Assembly (NCBI GenBank): GCA_030248215.1
Contig: JASANG010000424.1
Location: 124,001 to 188,000 of the forward strand
Length of the DNA stretch: 64,000 bases
Source of the DNA: Enoplolaimus lenunculus
Lineage: Eukaryota
Direction: 5' to 3'
A program made the translations under genes and the position numbers. Below, piece by piece: positions 13,534-27,072 of the stretch (positions are counted from its first letter, which is position 1; each line of letters starts with the position of its first letter). The notes below the pieces were generated by a model, which saw only the letters and a program-made list of their open reading frames with translations, was not told the origin of the DNA and made no database searches.

Positions 13534-15048
13534 TAGTTGAAAAATGAAGTTGAACGAATCGTATATAAGAATTTGACGTTCGAATCCTTGCTTGAAATTA
13601 GATTTCCGATGAAATATATAAAATATGAAAGAGAAAAGGATTCTAAATTCCTTCAAACTTTGAGTTTGATCAACTCACCAGAGCGTTTTCATCAGTATTA
13701 ATGCGGGGTTCACGTTATAACCGGGGCAGGCGGGACACGGTTTGTCCCGTGTTGATTCGATGTCAACGCTAAAGTTCGGGCTCTTATATAGGGTCAACAG
13801 ACAAAACTCGAACGTCATATGACATTTGCTTACAAACCACCGCTCTCAAATGATCAATGTGTACAAATTTTCGAGTTCAACAACTGCAATTGTTTATTAT
13901 TGAGTTTGAAAACCGATTACTAACTGATGATAGTCGATAAACACATTTGAGGAGAATATGAGCGATTGTTTTAACAAAAAACCACAAAAACTAATGTATA
14001 ATACAAAAATACACCTTTTTTTCTACTGCGCCATAAAAATTTACACGTAAGCGAGTGTTATAATTTCAAAATGCTGTCAAAAATCGTGTAAACATTTTGT
14101 TATTAAGTTTTTTAAGTAATTTTTACACGCCACAAAGTAGTTTTAAGTTAGAAAAGAAATAATGCTAACAACACAACATCTAATGCGCATTTTACTAGGC
14201 AAAATATATACAAAGTTTACGAAAATTTTGTATATACTTAAAATGTAGGTGTTTTACATGTAATACTGATGGCAGTGTTGAAAATTTTGCGAATCAAATG
14301 GTTAATCCTAAAGCTTAAAATGTGTTTCATAGCCAAAAAGCCAGGGTTCCATCGGAATTCCGATTCCGGCTAAAATTCCGGCAAAATTTATCTTTCGATT
14401 CCGACTGAGTGCTGCTACGATGCCGGAATTCTGATTGTTCGGTTATTGAGCTTTTAAGCTGATTGAACTTATTGTAAGTATCCGTTGAATAAAACGTTTA
14501 GCGATAATGCAAAGTTATACTTAGGAATGTACTTTCAAAATTCAGTATGTTTCAAAGTTTCGAACTCATCTTTATTTGGTCCTGTAGTCATTTGTACGCT
14601 ACTAATTAGGGTTTAGGAACTCCATCCGCCAGTGACGGATTCAGGATCCGGGGTAACCACCCCCCATGGATCCGCCATTGCCATCCGCTTGCGGACTCTC
14701 ATTGGTGATACGGACTCCTAATGATCGTGACTCAAAATGGGCACCCTTTCTTATTACACCCTCATCTTATTCGGTCACTACAGTATTGGAATGCAGACTA
14801 ATTTTTTATTATTGGTTGTTCTGGTTTGATTGTATTCGGAAGAACTGACTTGCACAGTATTCGTCGTCACTACATTTGCAAACTATAAATTAAAGATGGT
14901 TTATATGGGATGAAGGATTGTAGAGACGCAATTTGATTGGCTAGTCAAAACAACCGAAGTAAAAAACGCATTGTCTATTTCAGCAGCTGTTTAGTCTGTA
15001 TAATCCGCCAATCAAAGTCAGTTTGCGTTCCAGTAGTTGTTTGGTCTC

Positions 15049-15430
15049 TGTCCCGAACAGCAATTATCGTTTGGGACGTTCCAGTTGCCAATTGGAGCAA
15101 ATAGCTGTTTGGGGCACGACATATACACATATATGAGTAGATTTATTTATATTAAGACAAAATATATTAAATGTATTACGTGCCCCGAACAACAATTATC
15201 GTTTGGCACGTTCCAGTTGCCAATTGGAGCAAATAGCTGTTTGGGGCACAACATATACACACATATACAAGTAGATTCATATACATTGAGACAAAATATA
15301 TTAATTAATGCCCCGAACAGAAATTATCGTTTGGGACGTTCCAGTTGCCAATTGGGGCAAATAGCTGTTTGGGGCACGACATATACACACATATAGGTAT
15401 TTACATTGAGACAAAATATATTAAATGTAA
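15049..15430. repeat. Three tandem copies of a ~130-bp unit just downstream of the SPFH stop codon
   Basis: CCCGAACA..AATTATCGTTTGG.ACGTTCCAGTTGCCAATTGG.GCAAATAGCTGTTTGGGGCAC...ATATACAC occurs three times. Confidence 0.88.
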
Positions 15431-15501
15431 GAAAACAATATTTCAAGTATAGAGGTCAACTTAAGTCATGTCTTTGCAAACCAGTTCATTTCAACCGCAA
15501 A

Positions 15502-18500
15502 TTAATCCAGATCTGTTGCATTAACAGTCTCGCGTTGCTCAATTTCTTCTGTCGATTCTGCCGTACTTCCGGGAAACATTTTTGGCAGTACGCCAGCGGC
15601 GATTTTAGTCATCGCTTCCATCGGGCTACCAACGATGTAGACCTTATCGCCAGCGCCGGCATTAAACGCCTGCGCGGCAGCCGAAACACTGCTAAGGAGC
15701 GCAAGTTGACGACCGAGTGCGGTCTCTTCTTGCAACCTAGCAGCGTCTCGTCTGCCTTGGGCGATAATACGCTCACGATCTGCATCGCTTTGAGCGCACG
15801 TTGCAATTGTGTCGCGTTCAATGCATGCAGCATCGTAGGCGTTTTTAGCGTCTCCGAGCTGATTCACCCTGTTGGTTCGCATTTGTTCTTCGGCCACTTG
15901 CCGCTGTGTTTCAGCGACCACCAATGCTGTGTTTCGATCAATTTTTGCTTTCGCTTGCTTGTCAAGCTGAAGCTGGACTTCAGGCATCGGCAGAGCGTTG
16001 TTGATGGTTAATTTTGCCACACGGACGCCGTACTCAACCAAATCAGTGTTCAAACTGTCCAAAAGTGTGTCAGTTTGAGCGTTCAAAAAATTTTGAATAG
16101 CGAAATTCATCGTTACCAACGCTCCAACGCCAGGTTCAAACGGCGCCGCCGGAGATGTCTGGACGTCAAACGGCGTCTCCGACAACGTCGTCGTCTCATC
16201 AGGCGCGCTCGGAGTGAGTCTAGACGCCGCGGCGGCGTCTGGACGACGCTTCGAGCGATCCTGACGAGACGCAAGTTTGTCGCTGAAAAACGCGTCATCG
16301 TCTGTCATACAGACGTGTCCGACGCTTTCAGCGAGACAGGATTTAGCGAAACGTAACACCGTACGACGCAGGTTGTCGATGTTACGCGACGCTGAACTGA
16401 TATGAAAATGTTCGTCCTGTTCTGACGCACTCGTGTCGGCGGTGCGTTTCAGTTCCATGACGTTCATCGCTTTGTGTGCCGCCGCTTCTGTGTCCTGAAT
16501 TCGATTACAGAAAATGATAATTTTGACCCACGTAAAGATCACAGGCGGAACGTTTTTCTGCGCGACTGCAATACTGTAAGTTTAAGCTTTAGACTATTTT
16601 TGCTTAGGCTTAGGCTTAGACTACGATATAAGATCACTCTTACAGGTAGGCCAAGGCCGCTCCCATCCAACGGGGGAGGTGCACTGTAGGGCCACTCCCC
16701 CTCGGCTGGTTCTTCCCAAATAGACTCTGTCAAATAGTAAACCATCTTGAATTGCAATTGCAGTGGAACCCCAAAATTATTCGGTGTCCACCGAATATAG
16801 TTTTCTGCGTATGCACGTGAGTGATGCTAAGGCATAGGATTAGGCTTAGGAATATGCTAAATCTACTATTACGGCCCTTTTTATGCACTGGCCAGAATTT
16901 TCTATAATAACTTGCGTATATACATCATTTCACAATTTTTCATATTTTTCTATATCATCATATAATAGTTGCGAAACTATGCAACCTTGCTCTTTACGCA
17001 CAGTATAACTGCACTGTATATTCTAATGAGTTGATTAATCAATTCAGCTAGCGAGTTGGTTATTTCTGAATTAATATCAATAAACATTAGTTTACTCTGG
17101 AGTTGAGTAGATTCTCTCACTCTGAGTTAAGTTGACTCTGGTCGTATCGATTATTAACTAACTCACAATGAATTGAATCAATTCAACATTCTGAGTTCTC
17201 ACAGTCCTAACTCGTACTGGCAAAAAAATACGGTTTTTAACCTTAACACCAAATAAGCTTACAAAAATTTCCCAAAACAACATCGCATCCAAATAGATTA
17301 CCGCGCCGTCTTTGGTTTTGGTTTGCAAATAAATCGCCGGATCTAAACTGCCTTGAGTGACTTGTGGCAGTTCACCGTGAGCTTTCGTCAAACTTGCAAT
17401 ATATTTCGGTACGTCAGTAACAATTCGATCGGTCAAAATTATTTTAGGAACCAATTTGGCAAATTTAAAATTTTCATGACACAAATGATGCTGCATACCG
17501 CCGTTGAGAACGACCGTACGTCCGTTATCAATTGCGATCCCGTCGTACTGATCCGGGATGGTGATCCATTTTTCAGGACCAACTTTAATGTAGAATTGGT
17601 TTAATTTGATAGTGTCTCGAAACTGCATTGTATCACGGATTAAGTGCAATCCTGGCCCGAATATTTTAAACTGTCCATTGTATTCAAATAACGCGATTGT
17701 TCCTTGGTCAACGGTTATGATCGTTAAATCCAGATTGTGTGGCACCTGAACCAACAATTAACAAGGCAATAACGGGTGTTTATTTTTGTGGCCCATGTAT
17801 AGAACACGGCCGGAACAGTAGTATAAGCATATTCCTAAGCCTAAGACCAAGCCTAAGCCTAAGCGCATGGATGAGCCTATTCCTAAGCCTAAGCCTAAGC
17901 CTAAGCCTAAACCTAAGCCTAAGCCTAAACCTAAGCCTAAGCCTAAGCGCAGGGATGAGCTTATTCCTAAACCTAAGCCTAAACCTAAACCTAAGCAAAA
18001 AATTAGTCTAAAGCTTAAACTGACTCTATTATAGCCCTTCCGGAAAACGATCCGGCCCTGTTCTATACATGGGCCATTTTAGTTATCGGATCAACAATTG
18101 TTTGACCAAAAATGGTTTAATTTTGAAAATTTTACCATATTTAGGCTACGATTGAATAATAGTCTCGTTAGCATTCATGCCACTAGTTTATATTTAATTC
18201 GAGTAACTTTTGAACCAGTGAATAAACTTTTAGACAACTGTGTAGACCATTCTATTTATTGATGCAGTTGTTTCCTTTGCTCGTATTCTCAAATGTGTGT
18301 AGTACCTATCACCAGTTGGCGATAGGTCTTGTAACTTTCGAAATAGTGAATGCTCAGGCAAACAGTTTAGCACATTTTTTGCATTTGATGTGCTCTACTT
18401 CTGTATCAATTTAGGGTTCCGCAACTGCAACATTTAGCGATTTTGATAACCTATTACTAACTGACGATAGTTGCAATACACATTTGAGAATATGGACACT

Positions 18501-20301
18501 CATTTCAAACTAATTTGAAAACTTTCGAAACTTTATTGTGATAGTTGCTATAATCATTTAGAAATTTTATACACTGTTTCTGCACATTTCAAGACTGGGG
18601 TTAGGCTTAGTCTTAGGTTTAAGCAAAAGGCTTAAAGCCTTTTTCGAAACAAAAGATCTGAGTGTAAAATCCTGAGCGTGAAATTTGGGATAAAACTGGC
18701 CAAATTCTGAATTGGAGAACACAAATCCAGTATAAAACTACTCGCCTTTTTCTGAAACGAATGAATTTCTTTCAAGCTTCGATAGACGCCCAAAAAGTGA
18801 TAGCCAGGTCCGTAGATTTTAGTTTCAGGTTTGGCAGTCGAATGATCTTCAACCAGCGCAAAATGATTATTGGGTACGACAAATTTAGCCGAATTTGAGT
18901 AGTACAACAGGCATGGAAATGTGACGACAGCGAACGGACAGCAACAGCCGCAGAGTAGGCGACGGACGTCTAACGCAAATTGGCTCGTGTTACCTGGTAT
19001 CATTTGCATCATTTTTTCAATTTCAGCAATTGGTTTGTCTTCTGGTCGATCACAAATCTAAAAGCATTACTGTCTCAGAGTGCCAGATCCCGAGACTACA
19101 CCTTGCGAACATTCTTCCCTGGTGTCGAACACCAAGAACACCCGTCAGAGGTCAGACTTGTGAGTGGATTCAATTGATTCTTAATTTAAAATCAACTCAG
19201 TGGAATTTTCAGTGAACATTACTCCATACAATGGTGTTCAGACATAGACCAGTTATTTCTAAAATTTTCGCTGAAATAAAATTGAAATCACTAGTTCAAT
19301 GTCACGTTGAATTTGTTTAGCCAAGGTAGAATCGAGTTTAAATGTAATTGATTCAAAAATGAATAAAATTTAACTTGAGCCTAAGGTATACTTTACTATC
19401 AAAGACTTAAATCTAATGTGATATTCCAAGTTCATTTGGAAATGTCTGTTTTGCTATAGGTCAATCTATGGCTCTGAGAGTCTTCCATGAACCAATGAAA
19501 ATATCTCTTTTGCTGTAGGCCAATCTATGGGTCTGAGGGCCTTTCATGAACCAATGAAAATATCTCTTTTGCTATAGGCCAATCTATGGCTCCGTAGGGC
19601 CTCCCATGAACCAATGAAAATATCTCTTTTGCTGTAGGCCAATCTATGGCACTGAGGGCCTTTCATGAACCAATGAAAATATCTCTTTTGCTATAGGCCG
19701 ATCTATTGCTCTGAGAGGCTTCCTTGAACCAAAACAGAGGTATTCCGCCAAAACTCTTGCTCGATGCTTAGTTGGAATTTTAAAAATGGGTCATAAGTTT
19801 TACGGTAGAATTTTGCAGAATTTTGATTGGTCGTGTCATCTTTATTTCGGTCAGGCGGTGTTATTGTACCAAAACTATTTGCCAAACGCGCTGCACGATA
19901 CAATTTTTAAAACCACTTATAAATTCACTATCAAAATTATTAAAACCTCTGACAAAAATACTACCAGAGTCGCCGGTTGATTTTCTGACGGACCCGGAAG
20001 CGGACCTACAGTTGCACCCTGGTTCATGGATCATCTACTGACGTGTCACGGTGGGTCACGGATGACATATCGTCACTTGATATCATCTCAGCCGACAAAT
20101 TTCTGGCTATCCATCCAATTTTACCTTATATTGCATTGTAAGTCGGTGTTCAAATTGCCGATAAGCTTCGGTAATATGAACGTCGCGGTCAGCGGCAGAA
20201 TATCTTGTTGTACTTGTGGTTCCAGGCATTGGGTTTGGTCCATGCGTTGAATCTGAATTGACCATTTGGCCCTTTGAATGCGTAAACATCTTCGCTTCCA
20301 T
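15502..20301 (-). CDS. SPFH/band-7 superfamily protein with Cys-rich hydrophobic N-terminal segment, tandem beta-repeats, SPFH domain and C-terminal coiled coil (vacuolin-like architecture), 654 aa. Exons 20301-20125, 19057-18746, 17745-17263, 16494-15502
   Basis: Four exons, all phase 0 (177+312+483+993 nt). SPFH motifs: YLQTKTKDGAVIYLDAMLFWEIFD, IDNLRRTVLRFAKSCLAESVG and LNTDLVEYGVRVAKLTINNALP, followed by an Ala/Glu/Arg coiled coil. Repeats of the form V..G...L...G..KI[YF]GPG.H. Intron 2 donor is AAG|GCGAGT. Confidence 0.85.
17790..18075. mobile_element. MITE family B with a long (GCCTAA)n tract, in intron 2 of the SPFH gene
   Basis: ATTTTTGT|GGCCCATGTATAGAACACGGCCGGA...TCCGGCCCTGTTCTATACATGGGCC|ATTTTAGT. 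Confidence 0.85.
18283..18494. mobile_element. Small TIR element (family H); half copies at about 13880-13955, 33360-33435 and 37722-37755
   Basis: TATTCTCAAATGTG...ACCTATCACCAGTT at left mirrors AACTGACGATAG...CACATTTGAGAATA at right. Confidence 0.55.
19445..19732. repeat. Minisatellite, ~59-bp unit x5, in SPFH intron 1
   Basis: Repeated TTTTGCT[A/G]TAGGCCAATCTATGG.TCTGAGGGCCTTTCATGAACCAATGAAAATATCTC. Confidence 0.9.
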
Positions 20302-21977
20302 TGGTATGACAATTTTTCAAATTTGATTTGTTATATTTTAATTTTTTAAAATTAATTTTAAATTTATTACTTCTGATACTTTTGGTTCTGTAGACCATGT
20401 ATATATTAAAGATCAGGGGCTGAACGTTTTTTTTCGAAATTGCAATAAAGTATTAAGCTGAAAGCTTTAAATAAACTTTTGCTTAGGCTTAGGTATAAGC
20501 TCAATTTTACGCTTAGGCTTAAGCTTAGGCTTAGGTTTGGAAATATGCTTATATTACTGTAACCGTTCTGTTTTTAATACGTAGGCAGGTTCTGGTTTAT
20601 AAAGGTTTTGCACAATTATGCGTTGTTCAAGTAATTCTGAGATATGGCGAATTATTACTAAGCAAGCTTCCGGAATGATAATATTTAATGTGCAGGTAAA
20701 CACACTCTTATTTACAATCAGGTACGATTTACCAATTTGAAAACCAAATCGTTTTAAGACCCCGGATATACCCGCATGGTAAATTGTTCTGCATTGTAAA
20801 TTGCAGTGAGTTGATCTTATCTCAGAATGAGTTGAAAAACTCAGTCTGAATTTGGACTATCAGAACTCAGAGTGTTGAGTTTATTTAATTCAGTCTGAGT
20901 TAATTAATCCACTCACCTACAGTCAACTCAACTAAGAGTGAGAATCAAATGATGTGAGAGTGAGTTAATGTTTAGTGATTTTAATTCAGAAATATTTAAC
21001 TCGCTAGCTGAAATGATTAATCGACTCATTGGAATTTACATTGTGTACAAATAGTGTTGAGGCGGATTCAGAAATTTCTGAAGGGGGCGGGCTGGCAAAC
21101 GTTATGAAACGCAATTTTTACTGTATGCTATACATGCCATAGGCAGCGAAAAATTGTAAGGTAGGCTTAGGGACCTTATCATTTTATCGCAAAATTTCTG
21201 AGACAAAAAATTGTTTTTCTAGAAAAAATTCTAAGGTAACCTTGAACCCATGAGTTCGTGAAAGTACAACAAGAAACGTTAATTGACACTCTCCGAGGGG
21301 TAATTCAATTGATAGCCGAAATTTTCAATTGAACTAAAAAATTTTACCTTACAAAATCCTTTATATCCGTTCAAATTGCGCTGTAAATTCCAATGAGTTG
21401 ATTAATCAATTCAGCTAGCGAGTTGGTCATTTCTGAATTAATAATAGTAAACATTAACTCTCTGTGTCGAGTTGAGTTGATTCTCACTATGAGTTGAGCT
21501 GACTTTGGGTGAGTTTGTTAATTAACTCAGAATGAATCGAATCGACTCAAAATTAAGAGTTCTGATAGTTCTAACTCAGACTGAGTGATTCAACTCATTA
21601 TGAATTAAAATCAACTCACTGAAATTTACAGTGTGCAGATATTTGCAATGGGGATGAATGAAAGCTTGGACGCGCAGAACAATAGTTGAAACTCATCTAA
21701 ATGCAATCCAAAATAAACCAAAAAAGCGTTCAAGACTACTAAAGTTTTACAGTTTGGCAATAATCACAAATATTAATATTGTAACTTCAGTTAATAATCT
21801 TGCTTTAAATAGCTTTTCGACAGTGTTATCAGTTCAAAATTAATTTGAAGATAACAAAGTGATGCGAATGACGTGTTTTCGAATGAATAAGCGCATGACG
21901 TCATTCTGACAAAATCAAAAGTCCATAACGTCATTATGACACCACAAAAAAGCCACAAATCTTTTGACACAATTTTT

Positions 21978-22132
21978 GACCCAAGTTACTTTAAGGGGCG
22001 TCAAGGTTTCTGGTGGGTCCATAAAAGAGATGGTTTAGACTCTAGATTACATTTCTTGCTTAGGCTTAGACTTTGGCTTAGGCTTAAGAATGTGCTTAAT
22101 CTAGTGTTACGCCCCTTACAGTAACACTGGCC
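21978..22132. mobile_element. MITE family B, TIR variant (GGCC.A.GTTAC...AGGGGCGT); similar copy at 9871-10020
   Basis: Perfect 8-bp TSD CAATTTTT on both sides and internal TTAGGC units. Confidence 0.8.
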
Positions 22133-25100
22133 CAATTTTTCATAAATTTTAAGTAATTTTAAAGCAGTTTCGTTGCTGAATATAGATTTTTTGTCGTTTA
22201 ATGCAAATTTTGAATAGACAATAGGACGTTTATTAATTAGAAGTAATACCGAACCAATTAGTAAAAGAAAGTTTTAGAAAAATACGAAAGTTGGCTGCAA
22301 AATTGTAATCGAATTTGCGAGTCGTTGCACTGTGAACTGTAATTAGTTGATTAATCAGCTGAACTAGTGAGTTAATTGTTTTTGAATTAATATTATTAAA
22401 TATTAACTCAATATGAGTTGAGTTGATTTTTATTCTGAGTTGAGCCGAAATTCGCTGAGTTGATTTATTATCTCAGAATGAGTTGAATTGAATCAGAGCT
22501 CTGATCGATAGAGTTTAAACGCCCTCGATACGTAATTTGAGCATGGTGCTGTCAAATTTTCGTGCATACAACAAGTTACAATGAGTTGATAATCACCGGA
22601 AAGAACGAAATAGTCATTTCTGGATATGTCTGAGTTTTAAGAACAGTAAACATTAACTCAGTCGGAGCTGATTTAATTTCGGGTGAGTTGATCATAATTG
22701 ACTTCAGAATGAGTTCAATGAATTCAGAATTCTGAGGTGTGAAAGGCCTGATTCAGACTTATGACGTTGGAATCACGTTGTCTTGGTTGCAACAGGAGTG
22801 ATGGTTTCAAATCCAGTAAAATTTGTTTGTCATCAGGTTCCTACAGTTTCGGTTGCCGAAGCTTAAAGCCAGAGATGGAACAAAACAGGTAATAAAAGTG
22901 ATGTTGAATTTACAAATTTCAATAGTCTACTGCTTAAAGTTTTGCCAAAAACTTGTTTTTAAGCTTACCTAATTTTTTTGCCAAATTTCGGAAATTAAAA
23001 CATTCCAAACTGTCTTAAAGTTAAAAACAAACTCGACTAATGGGACAGCTTATAGCAACGGAAAATTTTTACTTTGTATATATTTTACCGAATCCTCCGG
23101 CAAAACTTGTATCGGAGCAAAAGCGAAACGTTGATTTTCTGCCGGAGTCGAAGGTTGATTTTCAGTTCACTGTAAATTCTACTGAGTTGATTAATCAATT
23201 TAGAGAGAGAATTAGTTTTTTTTCTGGCTATTTCTGAGTAAATAACAGTAGATATTAACTCACTGCGAGTTGATTTAATTCCGGCTGAGTTGACAAATAA
23301 ACTCAGGATGAGTTAAATCAATTCAGATTCCTGAGTTCTGAAAGACCTAATTCAGAGGTCAGACCTCTGAGTGGATTCAACTCATTCTGAGTTAAAATCA
23401 ACTCACTGGAATTTACAGTGTGATATTGTGAGCTCTGGGGAATATCAGGGGCTGGAACCCTCAACCTGAACATTGGGGGGCAAGTGCCCCCCTGCCTCCC
23501 CCCACCTCCGGCGCCTACGATATAGATGATCGTTCTATATTTTGCGTTATGCGAAACGTATACCCTGTAAATTCAAATGAGTTGATTAATCAATTCAGCT
23601 AGCGAGTTGGTTATTTCTGAATTAATACCAGTAAACGTTAACTCACTCTGAGTTGATGTGATTATCAATCTGAATTGAGTTGATTCTGGGTGAGTTGGTT
23701 AATTAACTCAGAATGAATTGAATCAACTCAAAATTCTGAGTTTTGATAGTCCTAACCCAGACTGAGTGATTCAACTCATTCTGAGTTAAAAAATCAACTC
23801 ACTGAAACTTACAGTGTAGAGAAAATTTTCTAAGCTGCTGGGTGAAGATTAAAGACAGAACATTCTTCTCAGCTTCATAACGTAAAGAAGCTTATAGATG
23901 TCTCTTGTTTTAAGCTGTTCACATGGTTTTGTCACATGTCGTTGTCAGATTATTACAATCCTAACATAACCACAGCAGTAGCTGTGTCTATATCCTTAAA
24001 TGTTAAAATTTTGCATCTAATGACATGTTAGGATTGCGCTGTACTTTTTGATTATTTATTAATGCCGTCCGTGGTTGGTACGATGCCGCACTGTAAATTC
24101 CAATGAGTTGATTAGGCAACGCAGACGAAAAGCTAGTTATTTCTGAAAATAACAGCAAATACTATTAACTTCCTCTGAGCTTCGCTGATTCTTAACGTGA
24201 GATGCGTTGATTCTATCGGAGTTGATTAACGAAATCAGAATGAGTTGCATCAACTCCGAATTATATGAGTTCTGATCTAAACTCAGACTGAATGATTCAA
24301 CTCATTCTGACTTAAAATCAACTCTCTGAAGTTTACAGTACGTCGTCGCCGTCCTGAGAGCAACAAACGTAACTCAGAATTATGAGTTCTAATAATCCTA
24401 ACTCAGACTGAGTGATTCAACATCATTCTGTGTTAAAATCTAGTAACTGAAATTTACAGTGCATACGACACCGTTCGTAACCGGAGTGCAACAAACGTTT
24501 GATATTGGTAAAGTTAGAAATTATCTAATTTAATGAGAATACATTGGTTCTGCAACATAAATTAATTGCTGCTGTGAGAATTTTTCTGCTTGGAAGCCCA
24601 AACATGCAAGTGTTAATGTCGGATGCTTATAAATTTTAAGGCTACGAAACTATTAACATAAAAACTGATGTAGCCGAATGATGATACACGGTAAATTCCA
24701 ATAAGTTAATTAATCAACTCAGACGGAAACTATGTTAATATTTCTTAGTTAATAACAGTAAACTTCAACTCACTCTGAGTTGAGCTGATTCTCACTGTGA
24801 GTTGAGTTGACTCTTGGGAGATAATTACTTAAATCATACTGAGTTGAATCAAGTCAGAATTCTGAATTCTGATAGTTCTAACTCAGACTGAGTGATTCAA
24901 CTCATTCTGAATTAAAATCGACTCACTAAAATTTACAGTGTAGGTCATGTAAGCTTCGAACTACAATACTGAGTTTTAAAGTTTTAGCATAACACGTTTC
25001 ATTAGGTCTATTTGGAAATTATATGAGCCGAACGTTGTCAACTGAAATGAGTTGATTAATAAAAATAGTTACTCACTTCAAGTTGATTTAATTCCGGGTG

Positions 25101-26961
25101 AGCTGTCTAGTTAACTCTGAATAAGTTGAATCAAATCAGAATGCTGAGAAGACTACTTCAAAATTAAGTCTTTCACAACTCACAATTCAGAATGGCGGTT
25201 CAACTCATTCTGAGATAATTCACTCTCTCTCAGAATTGAATCAGCTCAGAGTGAGGTAATATTTACTATTATTGAGTAACAAAGGACAACAAATAACTAC
25301 TTTTCCCACTGAGTTGATTAATCAACTCATTGGAATTTACTGGGAACACTGCAAATTTCAATGATTTGATTACTCAACTCAGCTAGAGAGTTATTTATTT
25401 CAGAGTTAATAACAGTTAGCATTAACTCACTCCCAGTTGAATTGATTATGACTCTGAGATCAGTTTATTAAGGGTAAGTTAAATAATTAAGTCAGACTGA
25501 GTTTTATTGACTCAGAGCTCTGAGTTCTGAAAGCCCTAACTCAGGTTGAACCTCACTGGGATTTACAGTGAACAAGGGGCGGATTGCCGAAACGCCTGTT
25601 GCATCTCAGAGCAATCTATGCTATTCTTATGGTTTGACGTCTTTAATAGACTCTATTTACGACCATATTATTACATCTACTAATAAATGGTACATTGTAC
25701 TCAGAGAGCGGATTAGTCATTTGTGAATGTGTCTAAATTAGCATTGATTTAATTCCGGGTGAGTTGATTTATAAACTCAGAATGAATTCAGTCAAATCTG
25801 AATTCTGAATTCTGAACGACCTTATGCAGAGTTCATACTAATAAATGAATTCGACTCATTTTGAGATAAAAATCAACTCACTGGAATTTACAGTGTATTA
25901 AGAACTGTTGTTAATGTTTCGCTATTTCAAGCTTAACACTGCATATAATTCATTTAAATTTTAGTTTCGTTGGCTTAAATTTACAGGTTTCCGGAAAATA
26001 TTATTGCGCTGAAGATATGAATGATTTTGCAGTTGTTTTTATTTAAGAAGCCGTACTTTTTTTGCAAGCTTTTGCCTCAAAGTTACAAAATTTTACGCAA
26101 AGCTAATTGAAAATGAAATGACGTAACATAAAAATGCGCAACATCAGATAAGAGTTTAGATTTCAAAACAATTCACACATGTTTTTATTTTATGAAACAA
26201 AACGCGGACGTTCATAATCTTTACAGTAACAACCGAGAAACTATAAGTTTAACCCTTTCTCGCATGAATATTTCTTGTTCCATATGAGACGGTATTTCAA
26301 GATAGGATTCGACCCCCAGATACTCGAGTGGGAGGTGTTCGCCATTTCATGTTTAATGGTCCACACATAATGTGTTAATATTTCATTACATAAGCTTGTG
26401 TACGCAGTAGTTTTATATTAAATATTTTACGTTTTTATACTACTGAGATTTTAGCTAAATTTGCTTTTAAGACCGTAACTGTGGATTAAGTATATTTCTA
26501 AGCCTAAGCCTAAGCTTTAGCAAAAAATATACTTTGTCTAAAATCAAACCTACGAAGAAGACGATATTAAGACGACCTCACGTTAGCGTACGAGTGTAAA
26601 ACATTTTGTGGCACCGTTGACAAAATTATTGTGAAATTGCATGGTTTTTATAAATAAAAATCAAAAATAAAATATTAATTAACATTTATGAATTTTGTAT
26701 TAAATGACATTGCGTCAGTACGTTCCGGTTATTGGTTTCTGGTATTTTAAGTAAAAATGTACAGTTAATATGATTTATTGTTCATTTTAAATTTGACCAT
26801 CTTACGATAACGATTCACGTATTATTTAGGAAAAAACGAATTTTAAGCTCTTTCCTAAATTAGATATATTTTTTAAATTTTCCAAACGAAATCACACCGA
26901 CAGATCTAGAATGAACCGAATCTAAGTATTCTTTGTAAACTCTCTGTATTAAAATTTTTAG

Positions 26962-27072
<111 letters not shown>

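Noticed and set aside
15406..16356. Long plus-strand ORFs (15406-16011, 16075-16356) and the minus-strand ORF 59901-60560
   Set aside because: They are antisense shadows of real coding exons.
17739..18011. ORFs rich in LSLSL / LRLRL (also 6448, 8001, 16474, 32491, 47921)
   Set aside because: They are translations of TTAGGC/GCCTAA repeats inside family B MITEs.
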